Assembly (NCBI GenBank): GCA_964426185.1
Contig: CAYRPF010000008.1
Coordinates: 1-25,550 of the forward strand
DNA from: an uncultured archaeon
GTDB lineage: Archaea; Asgardarchaeota; Lokiarchaeia; Sigyniarchaeales; Promethearchaeaceae
Length of the DNA: 25,550 bases
Reading direction: 5' to 3'
Shown here: positions 15,574 through 25,144 of the stretch, piece after piece
Layout of the letters: every line of letters begins with the position of its first letter
How positions within the stretch are numbered: the stretch's first letter is position 1
Translations under genes and position numbers: made by a program
Notes under the pieces: model-generated
Database searches by the model: none
What the model was told of the DNA's origin: nothing
What the model saw: the letters and a program-made list of their open reading frames with translations, nothing else

Positions 15574-17394
15574 TTAAATCAAATAACTGCGTAATTCATT
15601 AATATTACGGTCAATCTTTCGCTGATTAGATCCCATTTTCTTTTCTAAATCATTAGCCAATTTATCATAGGCGGCTTTTGAAGGTAGTTTTCCTTTTCGA
15701 TATCGGTTGTTCAAATTTCGCAGACTATCCTTCAAAGAAATCTTTTCTGCTTCAAGATAATCCAATTTCTGCACGATATTGGCCACTGCAGAACCTGATT
15801 CCAATAATTCCTTTTTGAATGGAATCAGTTCTTCTGATAATGATTTGAGCTTGGCGCTCAATGTCTTTTCTTCTCGAATGTAGGCCTTCTTTTGGATCTT
15901 TCTACGGAGAAGATTTTGCTCTAAGGTATCTAATTCTATCATTAAGGCATTTTTCTCTTCATAAAGTGTGACAAATTGCTGTAATTCCTTGATAGGAATT
16001 GCGGTAGCACTGATAACTATTTCCTCTTTATGTTCACGCCTTGAAGCTTGCACAATGTAGAGAGCGCTAATAGCCATAAAGACCAGAGTAAAAATAAGTG
16101 CACGATCGATCATAAGTGCACCGTTAATCCGGTAGGATACATCGAAAATGGTATGATGGAATGGTGTGATATAACTTTGAGTTGTTTTAAAAACAATACT
16201 TCGAGCTGTTTCTACAATTTGTTCGTCTGGGAAATTCATTCTTATAATAGAATTTGCATCCATTAATTCTACCTGCACATTGGAGTGAACGATAAGATAA
16301 TCACATCGTGTAGGATATAAATCAATAGCAAAATTCTTCTTGCCGAAGTTGTTTGAGTAATAATCTTCAAGTGGGAGGTTGTATGAGATATAATACATCA
16401 TTTTTTGGCCGTATTGCATGGGTGCTCGATTAGCAATAAAATATACCTTAATATCTATAAACCCATTGGAGTTTGCACTTTCTGCTGGCTCCACACCTTC
16501 AATTTCTCCTAAGTCATCGTATACCTTAAAATTGCTGTAGCTGGCGGGAATTTGAAAATTCAATTGCGTTCCGTAATTATTTGAAAAGAATTGCACTTCA
16601 TGTTTTTCTACGATTTTTATGTATCCCCAAGGATTAACTGAAATCGTTCGTTCAACATTATTTAATTGGAATATTTTAGTTTCAGAATCAACGAAGGAGA
16701 TGCTGTTGGAAATATCGGCAAATGCTGAAGCTGATCCTGGGAAAAAGCGATGTACTGTAGGTAAATCATCAAGTGGACCAACATAGTTTGTAGGATCAGT
16801 GATTTGAACATTTTGAGCAGATTCAGCAACATGAATCTCAGATGTATAATAGTTAATTGGAAATGGAGATCTAGGTACTAATTGAGTAAACACAACCCAT
16901 CGATCCATTACTGATTGAAAATTAATAAAACCCTTTAATGCAACTACCACGTTAATTTTTTTTTCAGAAAAGGGCAATAAAGGCTCGTTAAGAAGGATTT
17001 CCATAATTGAGGTTTGGTTAAATTTCAAATTGGATAGTTGACAAGATAACGGTCCCATTGTTTCATCATATGATTGGAAGAATATGATTTCTTCTGCTTC
17101 TTGATCCGTTAATCCTACTAACACTGAGAAATGACTATTGGGACCATCATTTACGAAAAGATACGAATCTTTATACACGATATATCCACTTTCATTAACT
17201 TCGATAACCCTGGTAAAATTTCGAATATATATATTTGAATCCACTTCAGTGGTAGAACTTGAAGATGGTTTGGTGTTTTGTGCAATTGGAGTTTGATTTC
17301 CTCCTTTCCACCCTTGTACTAAAAAGGGAGTCAAGAAAAGCATCAAGATTCCAGTGAATATTATAAATTTGACAACAGATTTTTGTCGTGACAT
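15574..17394 (-). CDS. Ribophorin I (OST1/RPN1)-like oligosaccharyltransferase subunit
   Basis: Signal peptide; two related beta-rich lumenal domains (NFTRVIEVNESGYIVYKD; NVERTISVNPWGYIKIVEK, cf. ribophorin I LER.IEVSHWGNI.VEE; VYDDLGEI cf. YRDEIGNI); single TM; helical/coiled-coil cytosolic tail. Confidence 0.75.
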   Translation of the reverse strand: MSRQKSVVKFIIFTGILMLFLTPFLVQGWKGGNQTPIAQNTKPSSSSTTEVDSNIYIRNFTRVIEVNESGYIVYKDSYLFVNDGPNSHFSVLVGLTDQEAEEIIFFQSYDETMGPLSCQLSNLKFNQTSIMEILLNEPLLPFSEKKINVVVALKGFINFQSVMDRWVVFTQLVPRSPFPINYYTSEIHVAESAQNVQITDPTNYVGPLDDLPTVHRFFPGSASAFADISNSISFVDSETKIFQLNNVERTISVNPWGYIKIVEKHEVQFFSNNYGTQLNFQIPASYSNFKVYDDLGEIEGVEPAESANSNGFIDIKVYFIANRAPMQYGQKMMYYISYNLPLEDYYSNNFGKKNFAIDLYPTRCDYLIVHSNVQVELMDANSIIRMNFPDEQIVETARSIVFKTTQSYITPFHHTIFDVSYRINGALMIDRALIFTLVFMAISALYIVQASRREHKEEIVISATAIPIKELQQFVTLYEEKNALMIELDTLEQNLLRRKIQKKAYIREEKTLSAKLKSLSEELIPFKKELLESGSAVANIVQKLDYLEAEKISLKDSLRNLNNRYRKGKLPSKAAYDKLANDLEKKMGSNQRKIDRNINELRSYLI

Positions 17395-17570
17395 GTTAAG
17401 TATACCTTTTAATTTCTGCGGTTTATAATCTATGAAGGTTAATTCACAAATTTAAATAAAAGAGATGGTTCAATTTTTTTTTCTAATTCTGCTTCACGAT
17501 GAGGAAGATCTAGTTGTTCAAGGAATCAAATCATAAGTTTTTTTTTACTGTTCCCATTAACAAATTTATA

Positions 17571-17777
17571 ATGGCTAAGAAATCGACTCGAAGTTCCCGG
17601 AGTAAAAGACGCTCAAGTGATGCGCCAATGCCTCAAGGGGGCGCTGGACTTATCCGATTTTATCAAGATGCTTCTAATGGTATCAAGTTCTCCCCCGTTA
17701 CTACTTTAGTTTTAGCGGGAGTTCTGATTGTGGTGGTTATTTTAGCACATGTGGGCATCTTCAATTGGCTGCTTTAA
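17571..17777 (+). CDS. sec61b: Preprotein translocase subunit Sec61beta
   Basis: Basic N-terminus, GAGLIRFYQDASNGIKFSP signature and a C-terminal TM ending in LAH. ATG 17571 preferred over TTG 17514. Confidence 0.93.
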   Translation: MAKKSTRSSRSKRRSSDAPMPQGGAGLIRFYQDASNGIKFSPVTTLVLAGVLIVVVILAHVGIFNWLL

Positions 17778-17872
17778 ACCTATTATTTTGGAATAACGCC
17801 TGGAATTTAAAATAAATTCCGTTTTTTTTCCGGGTTTTGTAGGTTTTTTTCTCCAGAGGTGATGCAAGGATT

Positions 17873-18178
17873 ATGGAGATTCGAGAATTTCAATTACTCA
17901 TGAAGCAATTATATGGAAAATTTGATTCTCAACGCAAAGTCTATCGTACCGCGCTATGGTTGGGTGAAGAAGTAGGAGAATTGATGGCAGAACTTAAAAA
18001 AAGCCCAACAACGCAGAATAAAGATGCAATTGGAGAAGAAATGGCTGATATATTAGCATGGGTGGCATCTTTGGCAAATATATTAGATATTGATTTAGAA
18101 TCCGCAATTCATCAAAAATATCCTGGTTTCTGTATTAAATGCGGGAGAAATCCTTGCGAATGTAATAATGATCTTTAA
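17873..18178 (+). CDS. MazG-like nucleotide pyrophosphohydrolase
   Basis: WLGEEVGEL...EEMADILAW (ExxE...ExxD); KYPGFCIKCGRNPCEC tail; GAGGTGA SD upstream. Confidence 0.9.
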   Translation: MEIREFQLLMKQLYGKFDSQRKVYRTALWLGEEVGELMAELKKSPTTQNKDAIGEEMADILAWVASLANILDIDLESAIHQKYPGFCIKCGRNPCECNNDL

Positions 18179-18231
18179 CTGGATCTTATAATACAGAATA
18201 TTAAATTTTACAAATTAGAATATTATATATC

Positions 18232-19542
18232 ATGCGCTTATTCTCATTTCATAAAGGAATTAGAAGAATTAATATTAATCGAAAAGATTTAGCAATTCCT
18301 GATGATGGTTTATGGTGGCAAGTAGTCGAACAATATATTCCAGAATGGAAAGAAACCCTTGGTATCGATGGATTATGGTTACCTCCAGCTCAAAAAACCC
18401 CCTATGGAGATACTTCGACTTATGGATATGAACCATATGATTATTATGACTTGGGGGAATTTCTCCAAAAAGAACGTGTGAGAACGCGCTATGGTAATCG
18501 AACCACTTTGGAATCATTAATTCAAACAGCAAACAACTATGGAATTGGAGCGGTAGCCGATATTGTAATTAACCATAATAATGGGGGTGAATTGGAAGAC
18601 AACCCTTATGTAGGAGAACCCACATATACAAATTTTATGCAGGTAGCTAGCGGTCGCTTCCCCCGAAACTTTACTCATTTTTATCCATGTCTCTATGGTC
18701 AACACGACAATTTAGCTTGGGGAAATTTACCAGATCTCTGTCATTTTCATCCATATGTACATGATGAGTTATTATCTTATGGAAAGTGGCTTCGAGACGA
18801 AATTGGATATGATGGGTGGCGGTTTGATGTTGCCTATGGAGTAGCACCTTCCATGATAATAGATTGGGCATTAGAAGTAGGGGGCTATTCCGTCTCCGAA
18901 TTTTGGAATGGAGTGCGTATCGGTACTATAGAATGGAAGAAAGAACCAATCCATTTGATTTTTGCTTTTAACACGAAACTTGGCGGAAATCGAGAGGATC
19001 CCGGTTTACACTCGGGGATTTCTTTCACGGGAAATGACTTACCTGATGAAATATATTATGCTATTCTTGACAATCAAACCGAATCCGGATATTTAAAACG
19101 GGTTGAAAATATTTTTCGATATTCGTGGAATGGAGAATCTTGGGAAAATAGAGGGATGATCGATCACTCTTGATTTGTTACCAATCCTTACATGGGTTTT
19201 ATAGAATTTCAGATTCCTTTAGCGGATCTTGGGTTGAATGATTCAGCGACCCACCAAGAATTTCAAATGCTGGTTTACTCCAGTACTGAAGGATGCTATG
19301 GTGCTATGGATAGTTCCCCTCAAAGTGATTTGGTGGATCCCAGCGGAGAGAGTTTTACTTGGCTCACCATGCCTGACAAATTATGTTTAGATACTTACCA
19401 ATCTCCAAATGCCGCTGCTGATACGACCGAAAAATCGAAAATTCCAGGATATTCTTATTTTACACTAACCTTAGTTATTTTGCTTGGATGTGCAGTTTCT
19501 TTTCTTAAATTGAAAAATGAAAGAAATTGGCTACACTTTTAA
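18232..19542 (+). pseudogene. Decayed GH13 (Thermococcales GH13_7-like) alpha-amylase with C-terminal DOMON-like domain and IPGY-TM anchor
   Basis: GYEPYDYYDLGEF, region I ADIVINH, region II DGWRFD and region III SEFW are present. Region IV (NHD), the signal peptide and the MQAFYW start are missing. An in-frame TGA at 19171-19173 separates it from same-frame 19192..19542 (FIEFQIPLADLG ... IPGY + TM + basic tail). Confidence 0.75.
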
Positions 19543-19608
19543 TTTTTTTTTACATACATTTTCAAAGTGTGGGAAATCTATTTATAAGAATAACCCCAAC
19601 AAAAATAT

Positions 19609-20550
19609 ATGGAATTTACGATTACCAATCTTTTTAGCAATGAAACTCTGCCAGGCAGCAATTTTCAAGGTGGTCACGGTCAATCATTTCACATTAAGGT
19701 TTCAGATTCCTTATGTATTGATGAAAATAAGGAAATCGCTTTTCTTTTTGATGTGGGTGCATCCAGTAAAAAATTGCTTCACAATATGCATGAATTAGGA
19801 ATTTCTCCATTTTCAACTCACACAATTTTGTTATCACACGGACATTATGACCATACCGATGCACTTCCAGGATTCTTATCCCAATTTGCCGGAGATTCTA
19901 AAATAAAAATAATCTGCCATCCAGCCGCTTTAGAAAAAAGGTTTTTTAAGTTGGCATTTTTCAAACTGAATTTAGGATTTCCACGGATGAAAGAAAGTTT
20001 GCTAAATCGTATCGAATTTAACTTTTTAGATAAGCCGTTTGAAGTATTTCCAAACTTGTGGTTTTCAGGAGAAATTGAAGATCGACCTTATATTACTGGC
20101 GTTGAACCCAAAGTTTTTCATTCTGTACTCTCTGATACGAAAAATAAGGCAAAAAAAATCACTGAAGTAGATCCCGTTAGAGATGATGCATCGCTCTACC
20201 TTTTAGCCCAAAAAGGTATAGTAATTCTTGCCGGCTGTGGACATGCGGGAATTTTGAATATCGCACGGCATGCCAAAAGACTATTGAATGTTCCCATACA
20301 TGCGATAATTGGGGGCAGCCATATGGTTAGGTATAGTACTGAAGAAGTTGAAGAAGTTGCTTCTATTCTTAAAAAAGAATTTGGAAATCCCATATTATAT
20401 CTCAATCACTGCACAAATCATTTACCTTTACCTCTGCGGAATCCTACTCTAATTTTCAAAATTCTTAAAGAAAATCTCGGTGAAGAAAAAGTTTTACCAT
20501 GCTATGTGGGAAGTAAATTTAAATTTTCATCAAGGGAGAGAAAAGAATAA
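19609..20550 (+). CDS. MBL-fold metallo-hydrolase (COG1237-like)
   Basis: HGQSF, LFDVG, LSHGHYDH, GCGHAG, IGGSH and HCT motifs. Confidence 0.88.
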   Translation: MEFTITNLFSNETLPGSNFQGGHGQSFHIKVSDSLCIDENKEIAFLFDVGASSKKLLHNMHELGISPFSTHTILLSHGHYDHTDALPGFLSQFAGDSKIKIICHPAALEKRFFKLAFFKLNLGFPRMKESLLNRIEFNFLDKPFEVFPNLWFSGEIEDRPYITGVEPKVFHSVLSDTKNKAKKITEVDPVRDDASLYLLAQKGIVILAGCGHAGILNIARHAKRLLNVPIHAIIGGSHMVRYSTEEVEEVASILKKEFGNPILYLNHCTNHLPLPLRNPTLIFKILKENLGEEKVLPCYVGSKFKFSSRERKE

Positions 20551-20603
20551 AAATTGGATATTTATAGTAAAAAAGATGAAAGTGAAAAAAATCTTCTAAA
20601 AAA

Positions 20604-21050
20604 TCAAGCTTGATTTGCTTTAGCAATTGCTTTCTCTTCGGCTTTAATTTGTTTTTCCAGAGCTTTGATATTATTCTTTTGCTCTTTAATTAAACTTTTT
20701 AGTTCCTTTAATATGTTTTTCTCGTTTGATTCATTTTCTTTGATTTGAGATTTACGAGCGCTTTCATATTCCTTCAAAGCCAGCTTGTGAGCTCCTTTTG
20801 TGGTATTGAATTCTTCCTTGGCTTTATTTAATGCATCGATCGCCTTGTCCAACGTTTCCTTTTTTGCAGTAAGTTCACTTTCGAGAGCTTTAACTTTCTT
20901 GCCATGCTCCGATTCGATTTGTTCTAGTTTACTTTTGCCACTATTCGCAGCTTCTTCCCGCTTTGTTTCGTATTCGGCGGTCAGTTCGGCTATTTTGTCT
21001 TCGATTTTCTTTATTTCAGTTTTAAAATTTTCGATATTTTCTTGACTCAT
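20604..21050 (-). CDS. Lys/Glu/Ala-rich coiled-coil hypothetical protein
   Basis: 148 aa of continuous heptad-like charged helix with no Pro or Trp. Confidence 0.75.
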   Translation of the reverse strand: MSQENIENFKTEIKKIEDKIAELTAEYETKREEAANSGKSKLEQIESEHGKKVKALESELTAKKETLDKAIDALNKAKEEFNTTKGAHKLALKEYESARKSQIKENESNEKNILKELKSLIKEQKNNIKALEKQIKAEEKAIAKANQA

Positions 21051-21276
21051 TTTATCTCAACCCTTCCCATAAAAAAAATTAAGGAAATTGATTTTCTATT
21101 AGTTGAATCACCTAATAATGTTTTTGAATTTAGAAAAATATTATGAAAATCACTTAAATGTTTTTTTTTGAAAATTCCGTCTTTTTCCTTCTTATCGTTT
21201 AGCCACTTCTGGCTAAAAATCTCAACTCTCACGCCGAATTTCTGAGTTGAATCATGCTTCAGATAGTATAAATTTT

Positions 21277-22383
21277 TCATTTTTTGCTCTTTTTTTTATT
21301 TTCATTCCTATTTTGAAGGAATTTATCCAAGCCCACCGCCTGACCCCGCTTAACCAGTTGATGGAAAAGATACTTACGCTTCGGGTGAAATCCCTTCGGA
21401 TCGCTCCTATGAATACCCAGAGGTAACGGTCGGCCATTCCTTCCCCCAATATAACGATTTCCTGTTTTTTTACGGCGATTATGACGCTTCGTGGGTGATA
21501 CTGGAATCGGAACGCGAATGGTGCGGAGGTTGAGAAATGGGTGTTGTTCCAGCGAGTAGTAATGATATCGATCTGAAATCGACATGCAAACGTGAATGCC
21601 GGCTAAATGCGCCACTAAGGATCCCCCGCTGGGTCGATATCGCGATTGCGTATGTAGCGGACCCGTCATGACCATGTAGGTATGCGAATTTCGCACTGAA
21701 TGAAGCGCAGAAACTATTTTCTGCACATCTTGGAATATTTTGCGTGGGTCTTCGGTTTGGGGATCCTGCAGCATGTTCTCAAAATCGCCGAAAAAGTAGT
21801 TGGCCAGGACCAGTCGCAGAGTTTGAGGTGTTTGAGGTGGGGGAAGAACCATCAATTGCTCTTGACAAGCACCCACCAAAGAAGGCCAGGTAAATGAACG
21901 CAGAAGCATGATCTTATTCAACACCATCATGGGATTATGTCCGCAGGCGCGGGCTTGCTGGCTGACAAAATAGGGATCGAATCGGTTTAAGGTATCTATA
22001 AAGTAAATTTCCAGCCCCTCATCAGTGGCGTAGCGCTGCATGTATTCGTGGTAAGTGTTCACCGCCAGCATGAGTAGAAAAGGGGTGGCATAATTGCGGG
22101 GAAAAGAAAAGAGGTGGAATAATTCGGGGCGGATGCCGCCTTTGAGCAGTTCATTTAAGGGCTTGGGTGTGACGGGCAAGAGGATCTGCTGTTGCAAATG
22201 CTGCCAGTAATGCATTCCCGATCGATAGCGTCGGAGTTCTGGGTCTTCTTTTGCCCATTGCTCTCGAATCGCTCTCTGAACCGGCGTAACGAGGCCGAAT
22301 GAAGAAGCCTTTCCACCCCCAAAATCTTCGTTATTATCGGCTTTAAAATGCAATTTCCGAATATTGTCGTATTCCATCGGCAC
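21277..22383 (-). CDS. Inactivated RadA/RecA-fold protein
   Basis: PLNELLKGGI (cf. LD.LLGGGI), Walker A replaced by FSFPRNYAT, YFIDTLNRFDP (cf. YIDTE.TF.P), RPSGGSLVAH (cf. P.GG.ILAH). Confidence 0.7.
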   Translation of the reverse strand: MPMEYDNIRKLHFKADNNEDFGGGKASSFGLVTPVQRAIREQWAKEDPELRRYRSGMHYWQHLQQQILLPVTPKPLNELLKGGIRPELFHLFSFPRNYATPFLLMLAVNTYHEYMQRYATDEGLEIYFIDTLNRFDPYFVSQQARACGHNPMMVLNKIMLLRSFTWPSLVGACQEQLMVLPPPQTPQTLRLVLANYFFGDFENMLQDPQTEDPRKIFQDVQKIVSALHSVRNSHTYMVMTGPLHTQSRYRPSGGSLVAHLAGIHVCMSISDRYHYYSLEQHPFLNLRTIRVPIPVSPTKRHNRRKKTGNRYIGGRNGRPLPLGIHRSDPKGFHPKRKYLFHQLVKRGQAVGLDKFLQNRNENKKKSKK

Positions 22384-22452
22384 TTACTATATTGAAATCG
22401 AAGGTTAAAAGCCCGTGGGAGGGAAGAATTAGTTAATCAATCCGGTAAAAAT

Positions 22453-22471
22453 CGGCTAGCATGGCTAGCCG
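22453..22471. promoter_or_regulatory. Perfect 8-bp inverted repeat CGGCTAGC-ATG-GCTAGCCG, candidate operator
   Basis: GC-rich palindrome in an AT-rich intergenic region about 70 bp upstream of the RadA-like gene. Confidence 0.45.
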
Positions 22472-22672
22472 CTAAGATGAATTGTTTTATTTGTGGAAGC
22501 CGAATAATTGAATAACTCATGTAATTTCTCCAGATTTTACAAATTCTCAGTTAAATGCCTCTATACAACGAACCTAAATTTTCCAATAACATCCCTTGAA
22601 AATATAACAAAATTCGGAAAAAAGTATAAAAAAAATGCCATTGAACAACTTCAAAGCAAATTATTCATGCAT

Positions 22673-24841
22673 TTAAACCAAAAGGGGTGTCAAAAGTCCC
22701 ATTCCGCCGCCGATCCGCACGAAAACCACCAAAAACATCGTAGCCGTCAGCGACATTACCGTAATCAATGTATTAATGGATGGTCCTGCCGTGTCTTTGA
22801 ACGGATCGCCAACAGTATCTCCAGTAATACTGGCTGCATGAGCTAAGGTTCCTTTTCCGCCTAAATGTCCGTCCTCTATGTATTTCTTAGCGTTATCCCA
22901 TGTACCGCCCGAATTTGATAATAATAATGCGAAGGTAAGGCCGATAAGAATTGTTGAAGCCAAGAAAGCGCCAAGACCTTGAATTCCGAAGAGTATTCCG
23001 ATCAACAATGGAGATCCAATTGCCAAAATAATTGGAACAGTGAGTTCCTTTAATGAACCTTTAGTGGCAATGTCGATGCATCTTTCGAAGTCGGCTGGTT
23101 CTTCGCCAGTGAGGATTTTCGGATTTTCTTCAAATTGTCTTCGAATTTCTTTGACCATAATTTGAGCGTTTCTATCGACTCCGAAGATAAGGACTGCGGA
23201 GTAAACAGATGGAACTGCAATACCCAAGATGGCGCAAATCATGATAACTGGGTTCATCAAATCCAATTGATAAATGCCGTTGGTGTCAAAGAAGTTTAAG
23301 TTGATTCCGTATGAAGAAGCCACATTCTTAGCATCTTCCATGAAGGAGTAAAGTAAAGCCAATACGGTTAAAGCGGCAGCACCGATAGCGAATCCTTTGG
23401 TGATGGCTTTGGCTGTGTTGCCTGCGGAGTCTAATCGGTCGCACAATTGAATAACTTCTTCATCAAGTCCACCTTGCTCGGCGATACCTCGAGCGTTGTC
23501 AACGATTGGGCCGTAGGCATCATTAGCGACAATGGTTCCCACAATAGCGAGCATACCAGTGGAGGCGTTCGCCACACCAACTAATCCATCTAATGCATAA
23601 GCGATTCCCATAGCTATTGCAATTCCAATTACTGGAGGGGCGATGCTCATCAATCCATATGAAAATCCAGTTAAAATATTCAAAGCATGGCCTTGTTGAG
23701 AAGATTCTGCAGTGGCACGAGTTGGTCGTTTTTCGTCGTTAGTGAAGTAATCAGTGGTGAAACCGATAACTAATCCGGCTAACACACCGAACACACCTGC
23801 ACCCCAGTTTGCCCATAATCTGCCTGGCATTGCAGTATCTAACGGAATTCCTAAGGTCATAAAGAAGGTGAACAATGCACTAATTCCAATAAATAGGATA
23901 GTGGCTATGTATGTTCCCATGTTTAAGGCTTTTCCTGGGCTGTTTTTTACCATTTTGCTGATCAAAAAGATACCCATAATGGATGCGAACAAACCAGCAG
24001 CGCTGATAACCAATGGGAAGGATGTAATTGTTGTTGTGTTTGGGTCCATCATGTCTTTTCCTGCATTGACCATTTCAGAGAATGCTAAAAGCATAGCACC
24101 TAAAATGGAAGCGACATAGGAGTCAAATAAGTCTGCACCCATACCAGCAATATCACCCACGTTATCACCTACGTTGTCTGCAACAGCAGCTGGGTTTCGA
24201 GGATCGTCTTCTGGTAATGAATATTCTATTTTTCCTACAAGGTCGGCTGCAACATCAGCGGTTTTTGTGTAAATTCCTCCACCAGCTTTAGCAAATAATG
24301 CAATTGAGGAAGCCCCAAATGAGAATCCTAAGATGTATTTCGGTTCACCAGAGAAGAAGTATAAAGCCCAGACACCACCTAAAGCGGCACCTGTCACGAT
24401 TAAGCCCATTACAGCGCCTCCAAAGAATGAGACGTTGAATGCAGGGGATAATCCCTTAGTAGCGGCTTGAGCGGTTTTTGCATTAGCATCAACTCCGACA
24501 CGCATTCCGAGCCATCCTGCCCATCCAGAGGCAAGAGAACCGAGAATGTATGAAATGACCATTAAATACCATGGCACAGCTTCAGTAGATGCTCCGATTC
24601 CATATGCCAGACCGATAACAAGAGCAAAAACTCCGACAAAAATTGCCAATGCACTATATTGGCGCTTAATGAACGCACCAGCGCCGTCTCTGATATATCC
24701 TTGAACGGTCACCATGGCTTCATTGCCTGGGTCTGCATCATCTACTTTTTTTTTTAGTAGGAATGCTACCACAAAACTGACAATAGCTGCCGCTAAAACC
24801 AACCAGAGCGTCCATATTTGAATCACAATTCCTTGAATCAT
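22673..24841 (-). CDS. hppA: Membrane-bound ion-translocating pyrophosphatase, K+-independent signature (probable H+-PPase)
   Basis: GGGIYTKTADVAADLVGKIE..PEDDPRNPA..ADNVGDNVGD, DAYGPIVDNA.GIAE, GNTAKAITKG, GDTVGDPFKDTAGPS; many TM helices. Confidence 0.96.
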   Translation of the reverse strand: MIQGIVIQIWTLWLVLAAAIVSFVVAFLLKKKVDDADPGNEAMVTVQGYIRDGAGAFIKRQYSALAIFVGVFALVIGLAYGIGASTEAVPWYLMVISYILGSLASGWAGWLGMRVGVDANAKTAQAATKGLSPAFNVSFFGGAVMGLIVTGAALGGVWALYFFSGEPKYILGFSFGASSIALFAKAGGGIYTKTADVAADLVGKIEYSLPEDDPRNPAAVADNVGDNVGDIAGMGADLFDSYVASILGAMLLAFSEMVNAGKDMMDPNTTTITSFPLVISAAGLFASIMGIFLISKMVKNSPGKALNMGTYIATILFIGISALFTFFMTLGIPLDTAMPGRLWANWGAGVFGVLAGLVIGFTTDYFTNDEKRPTRATAESSQQGHALNILTGFSYGLMSIAPPVIGIAIAMGIAYALDGLVGVANASTGMLAIVGTIVANDAYGPIVDNARGIAEQGGLDEEVIQLCDRLDSAGNTAKAITKGFAIGAAALTVLALLYSFMEDAKNVASSYGINLNFFDTNGIYQLDLMNPVIMICAILGIAVPSVYSAVLIFGVDRNAQIMVKEIRRQFEENPKILTGEEPADFERCIDIATKGSLKELTVPIILAIGSPLLIGILFGIQGLGAFLASTILIGLTFALLLSNSGGTWDNAKKYIEDGHLGGKGTLAHAASITGDTVGDPFKDTAGPSINTLITVMSLTATMFLVVFVRIGGGMGLLTPLLV

Positions 24842-25144
24842 TTTAACTTACTTCCTTTGTATTCCTTTTTTTTATTTTTCTTACCAAAAAAATACGGCGA
24901 TGAGCAAAAATTACCCAACTTTTTACCAAGGTAACAAAAATAAAAATATGGTTAAGGAATGTGTTAGAGAGAGAAGAAAGCATAAAAAATCTTATGATTT
25001 TCGAAATCAATCTATCTACTCAAAAAAGTGGGAAGATTTTCCCAATATTTGTCAACAACACAATTTTATCAGAGAAGGGGAGATCTTAAAGGGATGTAAT
25101 ACTAAGAGATCTGTAAGAGAGCAAATTAAAGAGGGTAAAATAAG

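Noticed and set aside
17514-17570. N-terminal extension of Sec61beta from TTG 17514
   Set aside because: T-rich promoter-like sequence; ATG 17571 gives a typical Sec61beta length.
19171-19173. In-frame TGA as a selenocysteine codon (Lokiarchaeia encode Sec)
   Set aside because: No redox or Cys-type motif context, no SECIS-like hairpin that I could recognise downstream, and the gene has other lesions; a nonsense mutation is simpler.
1075-24119. Remaining short ORFs nested in or antisense to long genes (e.g. 2604..3005, 3796..4071, 20800..21045, 22508..22846, 23754..24119)
   Set aside because: They overlap well-supported CDSs and have no independent motifs; they are shadow ORFs.
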